DNA of 56,862 nt, counting the filler, from Candidatus Coatesbacteria bacterium (GTDB lineage Bacteria; JAFGND01), in the NCBI GenBank assembly GCA_016927185.1. It is 3 parts of 3 records of this genome, joined end to end, with 100 filler letters (N's around TTAATTAATTAA, not from the genome) between each part and the next. Parts side by side here need not be neighbours in the genome. Positions count along the whole stretch, not along the records: positions 1 to 19,569 come from JAFGND010000063.1; 2 more parts are not named here. One strand, 5' to 3'. A model generated the notes under the pieces. That model was given only the letters and a program-made list of their open reading frames with translations. It made no database searches and was not told the origin of the DNA. Positions 1 through 9,584 of the stretch are shown here, in pieces. Within the stretch, counting starts at the first letter, position 1; every line of letters starts with the position of its first letter. The position numbers and the translations under genes were made by a program.

Positions 1-1200
1 CAAGATGTATCAGCTGTAATCTCTGCAGATAGTACGTTATATACTTTTAGTTCAGTAAATGATTGCCTGATGGCAATAAAGGATGATCAGGTGTTATGGA
101 CAGAAGAATTTAATAGTCAATATGATATGAATATAGTAATAGACAGTGAAGGGATATTATATTTGCCAGTAATTTTTGATGGATACCATAGATTAGTTTC
201 TTTTGATCCAAAGGCTAGAATAATCTTGTGGTATTCAGAACAGGGATGGGGAACAGGAACCAGGAATGTTATTTTAGCACCAGATAGCATACTTTATGTA
301 ACATTCTATGATACAAGTTTCAGGGCAATAAATAAAACAGATGGAAAGACACTATGGACCTACGATTTACCTGAAGGAAAAGTAGGTAGAACTTCATATG
401 GTTCAGATGGTTGGTTATATTTTATTTCATATCAAAATACTTATTATGGAAAACTAACAAAATCTGATAGCAAATCATCCCAAAGCATAGGAAATTATTA
501 CGAACCATCTCGAGAATTAGCAATAGATAAAGAAGGAACAATATATTTTGCTTCAGTTGGAACATCTTCTGATACGTTGTTTGCTTATAACCCAAATTTA
601 TCATTAAAATGGAAAGAAGCATTGGATGATACAACCTGGATAAAGTGTCCTCCTGCCATCTGTCCAGATGGGAGCATAGTAGTAGGTTCAGAAGGTGGTT
701 ATGTTCACAAAGTATCTAAGGAAGGTCAATATCAATGGAAAAGTGAGAAATTAGGAACAGGACTTTACTTACCAACAGTAGATGCAGAAGGGAAAATATT
801 CATAAGCAGTGAGACTGATACAATTTATTGTTTAAACTCTTCAGGTCAAAGACAATATTCACTTTATACTTTATATTGGGGTCAATGTCTGATAGGTCCT
901 GGAAGAAGACTGTTTGTTGTTAGCCAAACAGCTATAACTTGTTATAACGATAAAAACAGTTATAAAGAATCTAAGATAATTAAAGAATCAATCCCATGCA
1001 AATTAAATGTATCTCCCAATCCATTCAGGGACAAGCTTAATATCAAGAGTAATATGTCAGTAATTATATATTCCTTAACAGGACAGTTAATAAGAGAAAT
1101 AGAAAAGGGCGATAATATAATAAATACTAGAAACTGGAAGGAGGGAGTTTATATTATCAAATCAGGGAAAGAATGTAAGAAGGTTGTGAAAATAAATTAA
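1..1200 (+). CDS. Secreted PQQ-like beta-propeller protein with T9SS type A-like C-terminal sorting domain (5' truncated by window edge)
   Basis: Frame is open from base 1. Propeller blades such as AIDKEGTIYF..LFAYNPNLSLKW. C-terminus SPNPF...IYSLTGQLI...GVYIIK...KKVVK. Confidence 0.8.
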   Translation, partial: QDVSAVISADSTLYTFSSVNDCLMAIKDDQVLWTEEFNSQYDMNIVIDSEGILYLPVIFDGYHRLVSFDPKARIILWYSEQGWGTGTRNVILAPDSILYVTFYDTSFRAINKTDGKTLWTYDLPEGKVGRTSYGSDGWLYFISYQNTYYGKLTKSDSKSSQSIGNYYEPSRELAIDKEGTIYFASVGTSSDTLFAYNPNLSLKWKEALDDTTWIKCPPAICPDGSIVVGSEGGYVHKVSKEGQYQWKSEKLGTGLYLPTVDAEGKIFISSETDTIYCLNSSGQRQYSLYTLYWGQCLIGPGRRLFVVSQTAITCYNDKNSYKESKIIKESIPCKLNVSPNPFRDKLNIKSNMSVIIYSLTGQLIREIEKGDNIINTRNWKEGVYIIKSGKECKKVVKIN

Positions 1201-1201
1201 T

Positions 1202-1290
1202 ATATTGTGTCAGACACATTAATCAAGTTCAGGATGACAATTTCAATATCACTTGTAACTCAATCCATAAGTCTTTAAGGATGGATTATG
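1202..1290. repeat. Dispersed REP-like repeat, copy A
   Basis: 1202-1240 matches 14391-14429 at 36/39 nt. Contains the TTCAGGATGAC half-palindrome and a TCCATAAGTCTTT tail shared with the other copies. Confidence 0.75.
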
Positions 1291-1366
1291 TTTCAATAAT
1301 CTTTCTGTTGACAAAAACCATGTCTGTTTCTGCCTGAAGACAAGACAAGGATTCAAGGAGGTTAAT

Positions 1367-2554
1367 ATGCATACTGAAGAACATATAGAATTGGCTGAAA
1401 AGCATGGTGCCCATAATTATCATCCTCTTCCCATAGTCATTTCAAAGGCGGAAAGAGTATGGGTGGAAGATCCAGAGGGCAACAAGTATATGGACATGCT
1501 TTCTGCTTACAGCGCTGTCAATCAGGGACACAGGCATCCAAGGATAATAAACGCTCTTGTTGAACAGGCAGGAAAAGTAACTCTTACTTCCCGAGCATTT
1601 CATAATGACAAGATGGGAATATTCCTCAAGAAAGTTAATGAATTGTGCGAAATGGAGAAAACCCTTCCAATGAATACTGGAGCTGAGGCTGTAGAAACCG
1701 CAATCAAGACTGCAAGAAAATGGGGCTACAAGAAGAAGGGAGTTCCTGAAGGCAAGGCAGAGATAATTTGCATGCACAACAATTTTCATGGAAGGACAAC
1801 CACTATAGTTGGCTTCTCCAGTGAAGAGCAGTACAAGGATGGTTTCGGTCCTTTCACTCCTGGCTTCAAGCTTGTTAAATACGGAGATATCTTGGAACTT
1901 GAGGAAGCAATAACTGAAAATACTGTTGCAATAATGGCTGAACCTATACAGGGTGAGGCAGGAATAATAATCCCACCTGAAGGATTTCTGAAAAAGATCA
2001 GGGATTTATGTGATAAGAACAATATGTTGATGATTCTTGATGAAGTTCAGACAGGGCTTTGCAGGACAGGCAAACTTTTTGCATATCAGCATGAAGGAGT
2101 GAAGCCTGACATGCTTATCCTTGGAAAAGCACTTGGGGGAGGAGTTTTCCCTGTAAGCGCAGTTGTAAGTTCCAATGAAATAATGGGAGTTTATAGACCA
2201 GGGGATCATGGCAGCACATTCGGAGGGAATCCACTTGCATGTGCAGTAGGAATTGCCTCTATTGATGTGCTTCTGGACGAGAAACTTGCAGACAGATCCA
2301 ATGAACTGGGTGAATGGTTCATGGCAAAACTGAGGACAATAGAATCTCCCTATATCAAGGAAGTAAGGGGAAAAGGTTTGTTGATAGGAGTTGAGCTTAA
2401 TACAAAAGCAAGACCTTTCTGCGAAAAACTTATGGAAAAGGGAATTCTGGCAAAAGAAACCCATGACAAGGTTATCCGCTTTGCCCCGCCTCTAATTATA
2501 ACAAAAGAAGAGCTTGACTGGGCTTTCGAGAGGATAAAAGAAGTATTGAAATAA
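1367..2554 (+). CDS. rocD: Ornithine--oxo-acid aminotransferase
   Basis: [44 protein letters not shown] lysine in [18 protein letters not shown]. Confidence 0.95.
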   Translation: MHTEEHIELAEKHGAHNYHPLPIVISKAERVWVEDPEGNKYMDMLSAYSAVNQGHRHPRIINALVEQAGKVTLTSRAFHNDKMGIFLKKVNELCEMEKTLPMNTGAEAVETAIKTARKWGYKKKGVPEGKAEIICMHNNFHGRTTTIVGFSSEEQYKDGFGPFTPGFKLVKYGDILELEEAITENTVAIMAEPIQGEAGIIIPPEGFLKKIRDLCDKNNMLMILDEVQTGLCRTGKLFAYQHEGVKPDMLILGKALGGGVFPVSAVVSSNEIMGVYRPGDHGSTFGGNPLACAVGIASIDVLLDEKLADRSNELGEWFMAKLRTIESPYIKEVRGKGLLIGVELNTKARPFCEKLMEKGILAKETHDKVIRFAPPLIITKEELDWAFERIKEVLK

Positions 2555-2618
2555 TGCAGGAACGCTTCTTTACATTAAGAAGCGTTTCATTGTGAATTAC
2601 TGTTCAAGGCAGGATTAT

Positions 2619-3929
2619 ATGCCAACAGCAATTCTTATAAATCCATATATTTATGATTTCGCGGCATGCGATTTGTTTGCGAAACCGTTAAGCCTTATCA
2701 AGCTTGCCGACTGGCTTGCAAGGAGAGGCTATGATGTAATTTTCTGGGATTTACTCAATCCTCTTGATAAGGAAATTACAAGCTTCATGAAAAGCAATCC
2801 CAGAATAAAAATAGGCAAAAGACAGAAATATTCAAGAGGAACTTTTCATTCCGAGATATGTATGAAACCAGATGTATTGAAAAATGTACCAAGGCATTTC
2901 AGAAGATACGGTGCAAACAGGGAATATCTTGAAAAACTTCTGAAGAATGTCTCATTCAAGCCCGATATCGTATGTATATGCATTACAATGACTTACTGGT
3001 ATCTTTCTGCAGGTGAGATTGTTGAGCTTGTAAGGGGATATTTCGCAGATGCAGCTTTCATACTGGGAGGTAATTACATCAGGTTGTGTAATGATCATGC
3101 AAGAAAAATGTTTCCTGACTGCATATTATATAATGAACAGGATTTTGATAACCTTAAGAATTATATTCATTTAAGAGAACCTGACATGAACATGAAAAGA
3201 CTGAGGTTGTATGAAAATCTTGTCTATATGCCGCTTCAGACTTCGACTGGATGCTTCAACAAGTGTCCATATTGTGCATCTTCAATACTTTATCCTGAAA
3301 TGAGGCAGTTTGAAATAGCTGAAGTCATGGATGATTTCAGGTTCTATCAGGAGAATTACGGGAACCTGGATATCGCTTTTTATGACGATGTTCTGCTGCA
3401 CGATTTCAATACTCATCTGAAAATAATTCTTGAAGAGATTCTGAAAACTGGTTACAATGCAATGATGCATACTCCTAATGGCTTGCAGGTCAATCTGATA
3501 GATGATAATGTAGCAGAATGGCTTAAAAGAGCGAATTTTGGATATATTAGACTCAGCCTTGAAAGTTCTGTTCCCTACTGGCAGAAGGAAAGCGATTCCA
3601 AGGTAGATAATACCCATTTCATTGATGCAGTAAAAGCTTTGCATAAAGCAGGTTATGAAAAGGATGACATAGGAGTTTATCTTCTTATTGGACTTCCAGG
3701 ACAGAAAGCAAAGGATGTGACTGAGGCAGTATCGTTTGTGAAAGAGAATGGTGCAACTGCAAGATTTAGTGAATATTCTCCTGTTCCAGGTACTCCTTAT
3801 TTCAGATATGAAGCAGAAGCATTCCCGCAGATTGTTGATGAGCCTCTGTTCCAGAACTGCAGTTTGATGGCATACAGGAACAGGGAATTCGATTATGAAA
3901 CACTTGAGGATCTTAAAAGATTGCTTTGA
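2619..3929 (+). CDS. Cobalamin-binding-domain radical SAM protein
   Basis: CxxxCxxC (GCFNKCPYC), N-terminal INPYIYDFAA and LGGNY B12-type domain, FYDD, TPNG, LIGLPGQ. ATG at 2619 preferred over GTG 2592. Confidence 0.85.
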   Translation: MPTAILINPYIYDFAACDLFAKPLSLIKLADWLARRGYDVIFWDLLNPLDKEITSFMKSNPRIKIGKRQKYSRGTFHSEICMKPDVLKNVPRHFRRYGANREYLEKLLKNVSFKPDIVCICITMTYWYLSAGEIVELVRGYFADAAFILGGNYIRLCNDHARKMFPDCILYNEQDFDNLKNYIHLREPDMNMKRLRLYENLVYMPLQTSTGCFNKCPYCASSILYPEMRQFEIAEVMDDFRFYQENYGNLDIAFYDDVLLHDFNTHLKIILEEILKTGYNAMMHTPNGLQVNLIDDNVAEWLKRANFGYIRLSLESSVPYWQKESDSKVDNTHFIDAVKALHKAGYEKDDIGVYLLIGLPGQKAKDVTEAVSFVKENGATARFSEYSPVPGTPYFRYEAEAFPQIVDEPLFQNCSLMAYRNREFDYETLEDLKRLL

Positions 3930-4056
3930 TACGTCATATAATAATATCAATATTAATCCTGTTAATGAAGGATGGATGATTTATTAATTAACTCACTTGA
4001 CAAAAGCTTGAATATTTAACCTAGGGTTGAACTGGAAATTAAGGAAGGATATTCAT

Positions 4057-4809
4057 ATGAAGCGGTTTTGTACCACATTCATGATAGTTATTGCAATTCT
4101 GACAGTATTTTCATGCGCTGGAGACAGACCACCAGTAATTCTTGAGCCTGAGCAGGAATGGCTAGTTGCTGAAGTCGAGTTCAAGAAGAAAAAGTATGCA
4201 AAAGCAGTAGAGCTTTACAAGACTTTCCTCAACCATCACAGAGGTCATGCAAATGCGAGCGAAGCTGCTTTCAAGATAGGTGAATGCTATTACAAGCAGG
4301 AAGATTATGTCCTTGCAATATCAAGATTTGAATATTTCCTGAAAACCTTCCCTTTCTCAAAACTTGCAGATGAAGCTCAGTACAAGATTGGATTAAGTCA
4401 CTGGGAACAGAAGCATGCACAGGATTATGATCAGACAGATATAGAAAAAGCATTGCAGGCATTCGAACAGCTTGTTAATACGTATCCATCTTCAAGATGG
4501 AAAGCAGACTCGATACTCAAGATTAGTTATTGCAGGGAAATTCTGGCAAGAAAGCTTTACAAGGCAGGAATGTTTTATCAGAGATATGATAAATATGATT
4601 CTGCTATCAAGTATTTCGATAATCTTATAGACAACTATAAGGATACGAATATTGGCTGGGTAAACTGGGCAAGATACAGGAAAGGTCAATGTCTTTATTT
4701 CCTTGGAAACAAGAACAAGGGTGATGAACAATTGAAACTGGCTTATTCCATATCAAATGATGCAAAGCTGAAGAGAGAGATAATGGGATTCATAAAGGAA
4801 ATGGAATGA
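4057..4809 (+). CDS. bamD: Outer membrane protein assembly factor BamD
   Basis: Lipobox VFSC, TPR repeats, YDQTDIEKALQAFEQLVNTYPSS, LARKLYKAGMFY. Confidence 0.85.
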   Translation: MKRFCTTFMIVIAILTVFSCAGDRPPVILEPEQEWLVAEVEFKKKKYAKAVELYKTFLNHHRGHANASEAAFKIGECYYKQEDYVLAISRFEYFLKTFPFSKLADEAQYKIGLSHWEQKHAQDYDQTDIEKALQAFEQLVNTYPSSRWKADSILKISYCREILARKLYKAGMFYQRYDKYDSAIKYFDNLIDNYKDTNIGWVNWARYRKGQCLYFLGNKNKGDEQLKLAYSISNDAKLKREIMGFIKEME

Positions 4810-5318
4810 AGGCAAGGGACATAATGATTGTTACCTTGTTACTACTTTCATGCAACCGTGTTCCCGGAAACAAGAAACCTGCAAGCGAGATTCTTCATCC
4901 AACAGTAAGTCAGATAATGGAAGCATCAGGCATTCCAAGAGGTATATATTTCAATATGCAGTTCAAGGATTTCTCTAAACTTATAAAATCTGTTGAAGTA
5001 AAGCTCAAGCTCAGTAATCAGGAAAAATACAGTACTCTCTGGAGATATTATTATACAAAGGAAGACGAGGAAGGAAAATTCAAGTATGAATTCATTTTTT
5101 TCAAAGAGACTTTGTATAAAATAAGAGTCAAGTATAACTGGGATTATTCCGATATTCTTGCCAGCAAGATTTTTGATATATGGGGAGAGAACACAGAGAA
5201 AGGCAAAAGGGAACTTATATGGTATAGTGATCTGTTTGCTCTTTCAGTAAGAAAGAATAACCCGGTAAGTGACTGGCCTGCAGAAATGGAATTTGAATGG
5301 CGAGGAATGGTTAAATGA
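4806..5318 (+). CDS. Hypothetical lipoprotein
   Basis: Lipobox LLSC. ATGA overlaps with both neighbours. Confidence 0.65.
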   Translation: MKARDIMIVTLLLLSCNRVPGNKKPASEILHPTVSQIMEASGIPRGIYFNMQFKDFSKLIKSVEVKLKLSNQEKYSTLWRYYYTKEDEEGKFKYEFIFFKETLYKIRVKYNWDYSDILASKIFDIWGENTEKGKRELIWYSDLFALSVRKNNPVSDWPAEMEFEWRGMVK

Positions 5319-6253
5319 AATTGAAATACAAGAGCATAATCTCAATCAATGATTTTTCAAAGGATGATATCGTCTATATTCTCAAGCAAGCTTACAGAAT
5401 GGAAAGACACGGCAATGAACCAATTCTCCAGGGCAAGATAATGGCAAGTCTTTTCTTCGAACCTTCGACGAGAACAAGGCTTTCCTTCGAGACCGCCATG
5501 CTAAGGCTGGGAGGAACAATCATAGGCTTTGCTGAGGGAGACTCCACTTCCACGAAAAAGGGAGAAAGCCTTTATGATACTATAAAAATGGTTTCAAGAT
5601 ATGCTGATGTGATTGTAATAAGGCATCCACTGGAAGGAGCTGCAAGACTTGCTTCAGAATCATCATCTCTTCCAGTCATAAATGCTGGAGATGGAACAAA
5701 CCAGCATCCAACGCAGACCTTTCTTGATCTGTATTCCATTTTCAAGACGCATCCTCATCTGGTAAAGCAGAAGAACAGACCACTTGATATAGCATTCATG
5801 GGGGATCTGAAATACGGAAGGACTGTTCATTCGCTTCTTACTGCACTCTCCTTTTTCAATTGCAGAATGTGGTTTGTATCTCATCCTACACTTACTATAC
5901 CAGATTCATATCTGCAGATACTGACAAAAAGAAACATTGAATTTTATCAGGTAGAGGCAATGGAGGATGTAATAAGAAAGGTGGATGTGCTTTACGCAAC
6001 CCGCATACAGGCGGAACGCTTTCCTGATCCTATTGAATATGAACAGGTCAAGGACTTGTACAGACTGAGGAGGGAGAATTTGCTTAATACGAGGGAAGGA
6101 TTCAAGATAATGCATCCTCTTCCAAGGGTAACTGAAATAGAAGCTGAGATAGACAAGACTGAAGCAGCTTATTATTTCGAGCAGGCGGCAAATGGTATTC
6201 CAGTAAGAAAAGCTCTTCTGTATCTTGTTCTGAAGGGAGGTTTACGTGACTGA
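5315..6253 (+). CDS. pyrB: Aspartate carbamoyltransferase catalytic subunit
   Basis: FFEPSTRTRLSFE, KGESLYDT, NAGDGTNQHPTQ, GDLKYGRTVHSL, MHPLPR. Confidence 0.97.
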   Translation: MKLKYKSIISINDFSKDDIVYILKQAYRMERHGNEPILQGKIMASLFFEPSTRTRLSFETAMLRLGGTIIGFAEGDSTSTKKGESLYDTIKMVSRYADVIVIRHPLEGAARLASESSSLPVINAGDGTNQHPTQTFLDLYSIFKTHPHLVKQKNRPLDIAFMGDLKYGRTVHSLLTALSFFNCRMWFVSHPTLTIPDSYLQILTKRNIEFYQVEAMEDVIRKVDVLYATRIQAERFPDPIEYEQVKDLYRLRRENLLNTREGFKIMHPLPRVTEIEAEIDKTEAAYYFEQAANGIPVRKALLYLVLKGGLRD

Positions 6254-6707
6254 TTCAGTTGACAAACCGACTTATGAAGTTCAGGGAATAGAATATGGAA
6301 CAGTCATTGATCATATTCCATCAGCATATACATTGAAAGTAGTAGAATTGCTGTCCGGTCTTGAAGACAAAGTGCTTATTGGAATTAACTTCGACAGCAA
6401 GAGAATGGGAAGAAAAGGTGTAGTGAAAATAGCTAACAGGATATTCACGGAAGATGAAGTTAACATGATAGCCCTTTTTGCTCCCCAGGCAACCATAAAT
6501 GTGATAGAAGACGGCAAGGTTGTCCAGAAAATACAGGTGAAGATCCCGAAATCAATGCATGGTTCATTCAGATGCCCTAATCCTCAATGTATTACAAATC
6601 ATCAGGATGTAGTAACCCATTTCCTCATAGATCAGGATCAGCCATTCTTCATTCGTTGTTACTATTGCGAAAGGCAATTCGTTTCTGATGAGTTGAAACT
6701 TATCTGA
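6246..6707 (+). CDS. pyrI: Aspartate carbamoyltransferase regulatory subunit
   Basis: GTVIDHIP, Zn ligands CPNPQC and CYYCE. Directly follows pyrB. Confidence 0.96.
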   Translation: MTDSVDKPTYEVQGIEYGTVIDHIPSAYTLKVVELLSGLEDKVLIGINFDSKRMGRKGVVKIANRIFTEDEVNMIALFAPQATINVIEDGKVVQKIQVKIPKSMHGSFRCPNPQCITNHQDVVTHFLIDQDQPFFIRCYYCERQFVSDELKLI

Positions 6708-6709
6708 TA

Positions 6710-8164
6710 ATGAGATCGGTAATTATCTTGTTGTTCTTGTTATTCAGTTCCTTGTTTGCTGGTAATTCCTATTTCAAGATAAGGGGCATAGTTGAGGGAT
6801 TTTATGGTCCCTATTATACTCATGAACAGAGAAGGGAATTCATAAAATTCATAGGAGAACTTGGCTTTAATTGCTATATTTATGCACCTAAAAGCGATCC
6901 GAAGCACAGGAAAAGATGGAGAGAGGGTTATTCAGCTGAAGAAATGGAGGAATTCGAGGAGACAATAAAACTTTGCAGGCAACTCGGAATTCATTTCGTT
7001 ATAGCATTGTCACCAGGATTGAATCCAGGAAAGGGTGATATAAGAACCGCTCTATTGGAGAAATTCCTTGATTTCGGAAGCAAGGGCTGCAAGGATTTCG
7101 CCATTTTTTATGATGACATAAAACTGAAAAATCCTGGTCGGGATGCAGCTGAACAGAAGAGAACAGTGAATTATCTTCTCTCAAAGCTGAAGGAAAATTA
7201 CTCAGGATGCAATCTTTTCTTCTGTCCAACGGTTTATGCGGGAGTGTATGGAAAGAAAAGGGCAAAAGCAAGAGCTTATCTCCATGGCTTGAGGGGAATG
7301 GATTCAAGGGTAATCTCTTTCTGGACTGGAGATAATGGTTCAGCTTTTTCACCAAAGATAACAAGACATGCAGCTGCACAGATGAAACGCATACTCGGCT
7401 GTCATATCGCAATCTGGGATAATTATCCAGTTAACGACAATGCACGGAATTATACATATTTTGGTGCATATTCTGGAAGGGAAAAATATCTGTACAGAAC
7501 AGTTTCTGGTGTATTCTTGAATCCGATGCTTGATCCCAATCTGTCAAGATTCCCTGTATACACTGCCTCACTTTATTTTGATAATCCTCTGTCCTATTCA
7601 TCTTCTGATGCCTACATAAAGGCATTAGAGCATTTCTCTGAAGTGGAAGCCAGAAAAACATTCAGATTATTTGCAGATGGTCTTCAATACAACAGATACG
7701 TGTTCATAAACAGGAAGAATAATCCTGAACTTAAGGAATTGATAGAAAACTTCGTAGAGACACCTTCTTCGCAGAAAGCGGTGGTTCTGAAGGAATACTT
7801 TGATTTGATGGAACAAGCACCTGAGGTTTTCAAGTCAGGGATAAAAGACAGACTTCTTTATGAAGGAATGATTCCCCTTATAAAAAAGACAAGAAATATT
7901 GGAATTGCAGCCAGAATTGCATGTAATATAATAGTCAAGGAAGGTGGAGGGAATGATCTTGAGCCAGAGAAAGCAAGACTGCAGGAGCTATTGAATGCCA
8001 TAACAGCCGAGAAAAAGGTTATATACAAGGATGTATTTGAGCCTCTCTGGGAAGCAGCTTCCATTTCCCCTTCTTCAGATTATGTTAATGATACTTCGAA
8101 GACCTACAAAATTGACAAGGACAGTCCCATTCCTGATCCAATAGAGCATTTATCAGAGGATTAG
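6710..8164 (+). CDS. Secreted GH84 beta-N-acetylglucosaminidase/hyaluronidase-like protein
   Basis: RGIVEGFYG, YIYAPKSDPKHR, catalytic DD in FYDDI, FCPTVY, WTG, IWDNYPVND. Signal peptide. Confidence 0.9.
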   Translation: MRSVIILLFLLFSSLFAGNSYFKIRGIVEGFYGPYYTHEQRREFIKFIGELGFNCYIYAPKSDPKHRKRWREGYSAEEMEEFEETIKLCRQLGIHFVIALSPGLNPGKGDIRTALLEKFLDFGSKGCKDFAIFYDDIKLKNPGRDAAEQKRTVNYLLSKLKENYSGCNLFFCPTVYAGVYGKKRAKARAYLHGLRGMDSRVISFWTGDNGSAFSPKITRHAAAQMKRILGCHIAIWDNYPVNDNARNYTYFGAYSGREKYLYRTVSGVFLNPMLDPNLSRFPVYTASLYFDNPLSYSSSDAYIKALEHFSEVEARKTFRLFADGLQYNRYVFINRKNNPELKELIENFVETPSSQKAVVLKEYFDLMEQAPEVFKSGIKDRLLYEGMIPLIKKTRNIGIAARIACNIIVKEGGGNDLEPEKARLQELLNAITAEKKVIYKDVFEPLWEAASISPSSDYVNDTSKTYKIDKDSPIPDPIEHLSED

Positions 8165-8199
8165 TGAAAATAATTACTGGATTATATCCTCATTGATTT

Positions 8200-9000
8200 C
8201 TAGTATTCTTCTATGTTAAGATATTGCATATCAAGTTCTCCCAGATTGAGTGCTTTTATTGCAATCTCAGAAAAACTGTAATCAACATCCGAAAGATAGA
8301 ATTCGTGCATGCCTTTTTCAGAATTGTCCTTGCCTGAAAGCCTTATTTCATTTGCAATCAGAGAAACTTCTCTTGCTGTTTCTATTGCGCTGTCAACAAT
8401 AAGCACTTGATTTCCAAGCACTTCAGTTATCACTGGTTTCAGCAGGGGATAATGTGTGCATGCAAGAACTAATGTGTCTATCTTTGCGCGCTTGAAAACA
8501 TCAAGATATTCCCTGGCAACAAGCTTTGTTACTGGATGGTTCAAGAATCCTTCCTCAACAAGAGGGACGAAAAGAGGACATGGTTTTACAACTATTGTTG
8601 CTCTTGGCTTCAGTCTTGTCAATGCTTCCTGATAGGCACCTGATTTTATTGTTCCTATTGTCCCGATTATTCCAATTATTGCATCCTTGCTTACTCCAAG
8701 AGCGGATTTTACTCCGGGAGCAATAACATCAATTATTGGTATAGAGAAACTTGATTTCAGAAGTGACAATGCGTATGCAGATGCAGTATTGCATGCAATG
8801 ACAAGCATATCAATATTCTTTGAAATTAGAAATCTGGTGTTCTGTTCAGCAAATTTCTGAATGGTCTTTTGGGATTTCGGTCCATAAGGAACTCTTGCGG
8901 TATCTCCAAAATAGATAAGCTGGGCATCTGGAAGCTCATTAATAATTGCAGCAGCAACAGTCAAGCCTCCCAGTCCTGAATCAAAGATGCCGATTCGCAC
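8200..9000 (-). CDS. murI: Glutamate racemase
   Basis: IGIFDSGLGGLTV, GDTARVPYG, IACNTASA, LACTHYP. Confidence 0.97.
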   Translation of the reverse strand: MRIGIFDSGLGGLTVAAAIINELPDAQLIYFGDTARVPYGPKSQKTIQKFAEQNTRFLISKNIDMLVIACNTASAYALSLLKSSFSIPIIDVIAPGVKSALGVSKDAIIGIIGTIGTIKSGAYQEALTRLKPRATIVVKPCPLFVPLVEEGFLNHPVTKLVAREYLDVFKRAKIDTLVLACTHYPLLKPVITEVLGNQVLIVDSAIETAREVSLIANEIRLSGKDNSEKGMHEFYLSDVDYSFSEIAIKALNLGELDMQYLNIEEY

Positions 9001-9006
9001 TGGTAT

Positions 9007-9198
9007 TTATATTGCTTTAGTTATCTTGCCAGAACGGATGCACTTTGTACAGACATTTGCTCTAACTTTTTGACCTTCAATCAAGATGCGGATTTTTTGA
9101 AGGTTTGGCATCCACAAGCGTTTTGTTTTGTTATCAGCATGAGAAATCCTGTTTCCCTGCACCGGTCTCTTTCCGCAGATATCACACACTCTAGACAT
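9007..9198 (-). CDS. rpmB: 50S ribosomal protein L28
   Basis: MSRVCDICGK..GNRISHA..KTKR.W.PNLQ..VCTKC. The true start is 9198; the longer ORF-track start runs into tRNA-Cys. Confidence 0.95.
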   Translation of the reverse strand: MSRVCDICGKRPVQGNRISHADNKTKRLWMPNLQKIRILIEGQKVRANVCTKCIRSGKITKAI

Positions 9199-9217
9199 TA
9201 AAATCACCTTATCCTTT

Positions 9218-9289
9218 AGGCGCCATCCAGATTCGAACTGGAGAATAAAGGATTTGCAGTCCTTCGCCTTACCACTTGGCCATGGCGCC
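9218..9289 (-). tRNA. tRNA-Cys(GCA)
   Basis: Reverse complement GGCGCCATGGCCAAGTGGTAAGGC-GAAGGACTGCAAATCCTTT...CCAGTTCGAATCTGGATGGCGCCT forms a cloverleaf with anticodon GCA. Confidence 0.95.
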
Positions 9290-9303
9290 ATAACAAAAAA
9301 GCA

Positions 9304-9375
9304 AGCGGGAGACGGGATTTGAACCCGCGACAGCTACCTTGGCAAGGTAGAGCTCTACCACTGAGCTACTCCCGC
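9304..9375 (-). tRNA. tRNA-Gly(GCC)
   Basis: Reverse complement GCGGGAGTAGCTCAGTGGTAGAGC-TCTACCTTGCCAAGGTAG...GGGTTCAAATCCCGTCTCCCGCT, anticodon GCC. Confidence 0.95.
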
Positions 9376-9584
9376 AGAATCAATAAAAACCAGAGATATC
9401 AAGATGCATGTTTGTGTCAATAAAAAAACTCAGATATTGCATAGGTTATGTTCTGGCAACAGTTTGAAGAAAGAGGATAAAGGGGATTTTTCATGAGTTA
9501 TCTTTCAAGATATCAAGAAATCACTTGACTCCCAGCTGGTTTTTTATTGAGAGAACTGGCGATTTTTATTGGACTGGATATATC

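Noticed and set aside
1442..3950. Many antisense ORFs of 60-220 aa in the track (here and throughout)
   Set aside because: Shadows of well-supported genes on the opposite strand, with no motifs or RBS.
9199..9291. N-terminal extension of L28 in the ORF track
   Set aside because: Overlaps tRNA-Cys. L28 homology begins at 9198.
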